Of a stretch of DNA of 64,000 nt, positions 52,866-64,000 are shown piece by piece (within the stretch, counting starts at the first letter, position 1; the number at the start of each line of letters is the position of its first letter). A program made the translations under genes and the position numbers. The notes below the pieces were generated by a model. That model saw only the letters and a list, made by a program, of their open reading frames with translations, was not told the DNA's origin and did no database searches. This stretch comes from the human T2T-CHM13v2.0 reference genome, Homo sapiens. The stretch lies in assembly GCF_009914755.1 (NCBI RefSeq), contig NC_060927.1, one strand, 5' to 3'.

Positions 52866-53887
52866 AAGAGTATAGAACAGGATTTCGAAGATGGCCGAAT
52901 AGGAACAGCTCCCATCTACAGCTCCCAGCGTGAGCGACACAGACGGGTGATTTCTGCATTTCCAACTGAGGTACCGGGTTCATCTCACTGGGACTTGTTG
53001 GACAGTGGGTGCAGCCCACAGAGTGTGAGGGGAAGCAGGGCGGGGCATCGCTGCACTGGGGAATCACAAGGGGTTGGGGAATTCCATTTCCTAGCGAAGG
53101 GAAGCCATGACAGACAGTATCTGGAAAATCGGAACACTCCCACCCTAATACTGCACCTTTCCAATGGTTTTAGCAAATGGCACACCAGGAGATTATATCC
53201 CATGCCTAGCTCAGAGGGTCCCAAGCCCATGGAGCCTTGCTCACTGCTAGCACAGCAGTCCAAGATCAAACTGCGAGGCGGTGGTGAAGCTGGGGAGGGG
53301 CGTCTGCCATTCCTGAGGCTTGACTAGGTAAACAAAGCGGCCAGGAAGCTTGAACTGGGTGGAGCCCACCACAGCTCAAAGAGGTCTGCCTGCCTCTGTA
53401 GACTTCACCTCTGGGGACAGGGAATAGCTAAACAAAAGGCAGCAGAAACTTCTGCAGACTTAAACATCCTTGTCTGACAGCTTTGAAGAGAATAGTGGTT
53501 CTCCCAGCACTGAGTTTGATATCTGAGAACAGACAGACTGCCTCCTCAGGTGGGTCCCTGACCCCTGAGTAGCCTAACTGGGAGACACCTCCTAGTAGGG
53601 GCCTACTGACACCTCATACAGGTGGGTGCCCCCCTGAGACAAAGCTTCCAGAGGAAGGATCAGGCAGCAACATTTGCTGTTCTGCGGCCTCTGCTGGTGA
53701 TACCCAGGCAAACAGGGTCTGCAGTGGACGTCCAGCAAACTCCAACAGACCTGCAGCTGAGAGTCCTGTTAGAAGGAAAACTAACGAAGAGAAAGAAATA
53801 GCATCAACATCAACAAAAATGACATCCACACCAAAACCCCACCTGTAGGTTACCATCATCAAAGACCAAAGGTAGATAAAACCACAA

Positions 53888-54908
53888 AGGGGGAGAAATC
53901 AGAGCAGAAAAGCTGAAAACTCTAAAAACCAGAGCACCTCTTCTCCTCCAAAGGATTGCAGCTCCTCGCTAGCAACAGAACAAAGCTGGACAAAGAGTGA
54001 CTTTGATGAGTTGAGAGAAGTAGGCTTCAGAAAGTCGGTAATAACAAACTTTCCCGAGCTAAAGGAAGATGTTCGAACCCATCGCAAGGAAGCTAAAAAC
54101 CTTGAAAAGGATTAGACGAATGGCTAACTAGAATAAACAGTGCAGAGAGGTTCTTAAATGACCTGAAGGAGCTGAAAACCATGGCACGAGAACTACGTGA
54201 CACATGCACAAGCTTCAGTAGCCGATTCGATTGAGTGGAAGAAAGGGTATCAGTGATTGACGATCAAAAGAATGAAATAAAGCAAGAAGAGAAGTTGAGA
54301 AAAAAAGAGTAAAAAGAAACAAACAAAACCTCCAAGAAATATCAGACTATGTGAAAAGACCAAATCTATGTTTGATTGGTGTACCTCAAAGTGACGGGGA
54401 GAATGGAACCAAGTTGGAAAACACTGCAGGATATTATCCAGGAGAACTTCCCCAACCTAGCAAGGCAGGCCAACATTCAAATATAGGAAACACACAGATG
54501 CCACAAAGATACTCCTCGAGAAGAGCAACCCTGAGACACATAATTCTCACATTGACCAAGGTTGAAATGAAGGAAAAAAAAATCTTAAAGAGCAGCCAGA
54601 GAGAAAGGTCAGGTTACCATAAAGGGAAGCACATCAGACTAACAGCAGATCTCTCAGCAGAAACTCTACAAGCCAGAAGAGAGTGGGTGCCAATATTCAA
54701 CATTCTTAAAGAAAAGAATTTTCAACCCAGAAATTCATATCCAGCCAAACTAAGCTTCATAAGTGAAGGAGAAATAAAATCCTTTACAGCAAGCAAATGC
54801 TGAGAGATTTGTCACACCAGGCCTGCCTTACAAGAGCTCCTGAAGGAAGCACTAAACGTAGAAAGGAACAACTGGTAGCAGCCACTGCAAAAACATGCCA
54901 AATTGTAA
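53888..54908 (+). pseudogene. L1 ORF1, disrupted (start codon lost, frameshifts and stops)
   Basis: accacaaagggggagaa lacks the consensus ATG; fragments include KRPNL.LIGVP.SDGENGTKLENT and RLTADLSAETLQARREW.PIFNILKEKNFQPR. Confidence 0.85.
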
Positions 54909-54971
54909 AGACCATTGATGCTAGGAAGAAACTGCATCAACTAACGAGCAAAATAACCAGTTAACATCATA

Positions 54972-58791
<3,820 letters not shown>

Positions 58792-59016
58792 ACAATAAGA
58801 ACACCTGGACACAGGGTGGGGAACATCACACACGGTGGCCTGTCGCAGGGTGGGGGAAGCGAGGAGGGATAGCATTAGAAGAAATACCTAATGTAAATGA
58901 TGAGTTAATGGATGCAGCACACCAACATGGCACATGTATACATACGAAACAAACCTGTACGTTGTGCACATGTATCCTAGAACTTAAAAAAAAAGAAAAA
59001 AAAGAGTATAGAACAG

Positions 59017-60530
59017 AACACCAACACATGGGATATAATTGACATTTACAGTGTACTATCCAATAACATAAGATTATCCATTTTTTAAATATAGCTAAGG
59101 GATATTCACCAAGATAACCATATTCTGAGTCATACAACAAACTGACCAATTTACAAGGACTGAAATCATACAAAGTATTTTCTCTGACCATAATGGAATC
59201 AAGCTAAAAATTAATAATGGACAAGAAAATCTCCAAACACTAGGAACTTATAACAGCACACTCACAACTAATCTATTTATTAAAGAGAAAAATATATAAA
59301 GAGGGAAATAAAAAATACATTGGCTAAATGACATGAAAATACAAAATATCAACATACATAGGATGCAGCTAAAGCACTGCTTAGAGAATTTATAGCACAA
59401 AAAACTTGTATTAGAAAAGAAATCTAATCTTTCACCTCAAGAAATGAGACAAAATAAACTCAAAAGAGCAGTAAGAACTAAATAAGGTTAAGTGTAGAAA
59501 TCAATAAAATTGAAAACAGAATACGTGAGAAAAATCAATGAAAAATGAATATATCATTAAAGATCCCACATTACAGACATTAAAAAAATAATAAAGGGGC
59601 GTTACAAAAAACTCAAAAATTTTTTACTGCTTCCCAGGCTTCTGATCAATACAAAAAATCTTTACATACATAAATTCAACAACTTAGAGAAAATGAACCA
59701 ATAAAAACCACAAACTACCAAGACATTGAGTAATCTCATAATTACTAAATAAACTCACAATTTAAAATAATTTCTGAAAAAAAATCTCCAAGTGCAAATG
59801 GTTTCGTTGGAAAATTCTACAACCATTTGAAGAATTAATGGCAATTATGCATAATGTCTTCCAGAAAACGTAAGAGGAAGACAACAGCTTCCAACATATT
59901 TTATGAGGCCAGCATTACATTATTAAAACAAAAGCTACTATAGATTTGTATCTTTCCTGAATAGAGAGACAAAAATCTTCAGCAAGACACTGCCGAATCC
60001 TATCCAGCAATATATTTAAAAAATTACACACTGAGACCAAGCGGGGTTTATTAAAGAAATGCAAGGATTACTCAATATTTAAAAATCAATTGATGTGACT
60101 GCTATGGTTTGAATGTGTCCCATAAATTTCATGCATTGGAAACTTAATCCCCAAATTCATATGTTGATTGGAGGTGGGCCCTCTGTGAGGTAATTTTAAG
60201 CTTAGCTAAGTTAATCAGGGTGAAGCCTCCATGATGGGACTGGTGGCTTTATAAGAGACTTGAGATGACACACACTCTTGCCCTCTAGCCATGTGATGTC
60301 CCCATTTGTGACACAGCAAGAAGGCCTTCACCAGATGCTGATACCTTGGTCTTGGACTTAAGAACTGTAAGAAAAAAATGTGTTTTCTTTATAAATTACC
60401 CAGTCTTTGATATTCTGTTACAGCAACAGAAAATGACTAAGACAGCAATCTACAATATTAACAAGCTAAAGAAAAAAACATATGGTTACTGTGCCAATTG
60501 ATGCAAAAAAGAATATTTCGAAAAAATAAG
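59017..60530 (+). mobile_element. Old L1M ORF2, continuing after the L1PA insertion
   Basis: attcaccaagataaccatattctg, ttctctgaccataatggaatcaagcta (SDHN), gaggccagcattac, gaaatgcaaggattactcaatatt. Confidence 0.75.
60100..60444 (+). mobile_element. MST-family (MaLR) solo LTR
   Basis: tgctatggtttgaatgtgtccc...ttataaattacccagtc...gcaacagaaaatgactaagaca, with TG...CA ends. Confidence 0.85.
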
Positions 60531-60612
60531 AAACTATGGCTAAAAGTCATCTTCAATATTGTTTTATGCCATTTTTTATTTTGTCATTATTAATGTGTAT
60601 CTGTCAAAAGGA

Positions 60613-60890
60613 GTTTTTTGAGACAGGGTCTTGCTCTGCTGCCCAGACTGGAGTGCAGTGGCTCACTGCAGCCCTGACCTCCCAGGCTTAAGCAATCCTT
60701 CCATCTCAGCCTCCTGAGTAGCTGAGACTACAGGCACATGCCACCATGCCTGGCTCATTTTTGTAATTTTTGTAAAGACAGGGTTTCACCATGTTGCCCA
60801 GGCTGGTCTTGAATTCATGGGCTCAAATGATCCACCCACCTTGGCCTTCCAAACGGCTGGGATTACAGGAATGAGCCACCACACCTGGCT
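60613..60890 (-). mobile_element. Alu (AluJ-like)
   Basis: gagacagggtcttgctctg...ggcttaagcaatcc...gggctcaaatgatccacc. Confidence 0.9.
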
Positions 60891-61789
60891 AAAAGGACGT
60901 TTTATTTAAGTTTGTTAAACTAATTTAAAATTTTAAAATATTTAGAGATCTAGTATGTTGGCTTCCATTTATATTCTTACTTCAGACACCACAAAAACGT
61001 TAGAGATAGGTCTGTTTTGCCTTTGCTTGAATAAACAAGAAAAAAATTGGCTTCCAGAACAAGTAAAAATAATCAAACTCTCTCATTTAACAGGAGAAAC
61101 AGCCATTAAGAGAAAAGTGAGGTGAATGGAAGCTATGGGAAAGATTAAGTATTGAAATATTTAAAAGGGCCTAAAAGATAAAAGTCACCAAGGAATCACT
61201 TTTTCATTAAATTAAAGCTTTGCTAAAGTTAATTTTATTCCCAACCATGATGTTCACTGTGTAAAGGTAACATAATATACTACATAAGGACTCAGAAATA
61301 GAAAAATACAACTCAAAAATTTATACCAGACCATTAAGATATGAATCAAATTTAAGAACCAGAAAAAAAAAGGTAGTCACAATTTAAAAGTTCTCTATCA
61401 TCCACAGTAGATCGCCTCTACAGTGCTTCCATATCAGCTGTTTTCCTTATCTCCAATGACTTTCCCAATACTAATAAATATTTTTTCTTATGTCCCATTC
61501 TTCACCTCATGATGAATACACCTCTTGCCTTCATAACTATATAAAACTGGTGCTAGTCTCTCCTGGCACTTAATAACACTGGCTTAACTCTTTACACTTT
61601 ACCAACCAAGTCAAGAGTAACACATCTGGCCATTATAAATCTCAAGGAATGTAAATAACAACTTTTTGTATCTCTAAAATTAATTAGTAATCTTCCTTCT
61701 CCGTAGTCAGATATATCCTTAAAACTCCAATCATTTGACATGAGATGAAAAATCAAAACCCAAACAGAAATACATAAGATAACTAAGGA

Positions 61790-62880
61790 AAAAGCAAACA
61801 ACATGAAAAGATGCTCATCATTAATCATTTTAGAAACAAAAATTAAACCATAATGGGACAGGACTCCTCATCCACTAAAGGCTAAAATTAAAACGACAGC
61901 TAAAAATACCAAGTACTGGCAAGGATGTGGAATACTCTGACCCCCCCAACACACATTGCTGTTGGGAATGTAAAATTTCAGCAAATTCTGAAAACAGTTT
62001 AGCAGTTTCTTATACAAACACACTTACTATAATACAACAACCTTAATCTTAGGTATTTACCCAAGACAAATGAAAACATATAACCACACAAAGACTTATA
62101 TACATATGTTCATAGCAGCTTTATTCATAACAGCAAAAAAACTGAAAACAACTCAAATGTCCATCAACTGGTAAATGAATTAACAAACTGTGGTATAACT
62201 ATACAATGCAAATACTACTGAATAGAAGATAAAACAGGAACTACCTACTAATACATGTAACAATATCAGTATCTCAAAAGTATTACATTAAGTGAAAGAA
62301 GCTGGACACAAAAGACTGGTTATTTGAAATTCTAGAAAAGGCAAAACGAAAAGTGACAAAACGCAGATCAATGGGTTTCGAGGGGATAGAAGTGGGGGTG
62401 AGGGATTGACTACAAAGGGGTAAAAGGGAAATTTTTAGGTGATACAAATGTTCTATATCAGCTGGGTGTGGTGGTTCACGCCTGTAATCCCAGCACTTTG
62501 GGAGGCCGAGGCAGGTGGATCATGAGGTCAGGAGTTCGAGACCAGCCTGGCCAACATGGTGAAACCCCATCTCTACTAAAAATACAAAAGTTAGCCGGGC
62601 ATGGCGGCGCATGCCTGTAATCCCAGCTACTCAGGAGGCTGAGGCCAGAGAATTGCTTGAACCCGGGCAGACGAAGGTTGCAGTGAGCCGAGATTGCGCC
62701 ATTGCATTCCAGCCTGGGTGACAGTGCGAAACTCCATCTCGGGGGAAAAAAAAGTTCTGTATCAAGATTGTGGTGGTGGTAATTACACTACTATATGTTT
62801 GACAAAATTCACTGAATCATATACTTAAATTGGTTAATTTTATTGTATATAATATCTTAAAATTTATTATATATAAAATA
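61790..62880 (+). mobile_element. Old L1MB/MC-type 3' end, interrupted by an Alu
   Basis: catgaaaagatgctcatcattaatcatt...tttacccaagacaaatgaaaacata...atacttaaattggttaattttattgtatat. Confidence 0.8.
62460..62753 (+). mobile_element. Alu (AluSg-like)
   Basis: ggatcatgaggtcaggagttcgagaccagcctggcc; degenerate TSD gttctatatca / gttctgtatca. Confidence 0.93.
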
Positions 62881-64000
62881 ATACCTAAAGTTTATATATA
62901 TCAAAATGGAACAATGGTAACATGATTTACTTTGCTACATTTCCAAATATTGTCCAGGGAGGATGTATTATTTTAAAATCAGAACAAAAATCCCATTTAA
63001 AAGCAATTAGCATATTAAAAATATATAAGTATACATGATCACAATGACTTATAAATAAATACAAACTCAGAGCTAAGAACAGAAGGAAATTTACCACTAT
63101 TTATTTTGGGTAAAGGAGTACTAAAATTCCTCCTAAAGCTTTTGTATAATTCATAACTTTTAGGGGAGGACTTTGTTTTAAAAATGCAGTAATAGAGAAT
63201 GCCTTGCAACAATTGGTGTAAGTTTATCTAGAGCTTTTGCCCAAATTAATTAATTGGGAAGGCATCACATGTGCTCACTGTTCAACGATGCTTTTGAAAG
63301 ATTATTCAGTAGTTTAATTTCTTTTGTTTTTTTCCTGAAAGTTTCTGTTTCAGGTTTTTTTTTTAAGAGTTATTCTCTGCATTACTCAAAATGATGAATC
63401 AAACAGATTTTCCTTCTTAATTTAATGTCTTATTCTTTAAAATCCACTAAAGAACAAACAGTTCTTAGACCTGGAATGTATTTTCTACTCAGTAATGCCC
63501 TATTTTGTAAACAAAAGAAACAGAATGTAAGTAGCACCTTGGATTAAAATGTCCAACCTAATCAGCTGTGCAGAAGACATAAATTGGAGGTAACAATAAC
63601 TGCTTTAATCTCTGTGAATGCCTCATCAATTAAATAATTCCTCAGGAACATTTTCCCCATTCATATGGGAATTACATACTGGTTTGCAAACACAGAACCA
63701 ACTAATAATCTTTTTTACAGAATCTCTAAATCCTTTCTTCCAAGACCATTTTGGCCAACTGACTGGATTTAAACTGGATAATAAAAGTAAGGGAAAAAAA
63801 AGCACAAACAGAAACTCTTACAGAGCAAGAAAGACCAGATGGTCACCTCGACGTTAGAGGCAAAACCAGTATGCTCTAATATTGTGACATGACTCTAATG
63901 CCAGCATTCAATGACAGACAGATCACTTTTAGAAGAACAGCCAAGATAAAGGATTTGAGACATAACAGGTAACACACATTCCCAGGATTGGGAGCAGTAC

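Overview
This is primate, almost certainly human, genomic DNA. It holds the 3' end of ARHGEF26 (SGEF, a DH-PH-SH3 RhoG exchange factor) on the + strand. I spliced six coding exons by hand (8142-8231, 16141-16295, 30645-30854, 43391-43458, 44995-45099, 45606-45748). All have AG/GT boundaries and consistent phases, and they encode the end of the DH domain, the PH domain, the SH3 domain and a C-terminal ETNV. A ~2.35 kb 3'UTR probably ends near 48100. The rest is intron and intergenic DNA rich in repeats: about 17 Alu/FLAM/FAM copies, a 5'-truncated L1PA2-type insertion, a full-length but dead L1PA5/6-type element nested in an older L1M, L2/MIR relics, MaLR and MER31 LTRs, and MER1B/MER20/Tigger1 DNA transposons. 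Most ORFs in the supplied track are repeat-derived or spurious. I see no evidence of a new multi-gene system. The best leads are small: (1) two ORFs joined by an ATGA stop-start that tile the last intron in frame with both flanking exons; (2) an internal ATG giving a 139-aa C-terminal isoform; (3) a 210-nt exon that would make a stop-free circular ORF; (4) unusual retroposition products, namely a tailless U6 fragment with TSDs, an L1 3' transduction and a polyadenylated MLT1 retrocopy; (5) a near-perfect 21-bp hairpin beside a microsatellite. Repeat subfamily names come from recalled consensus sequences, and boundaries of old repeats are approximate.
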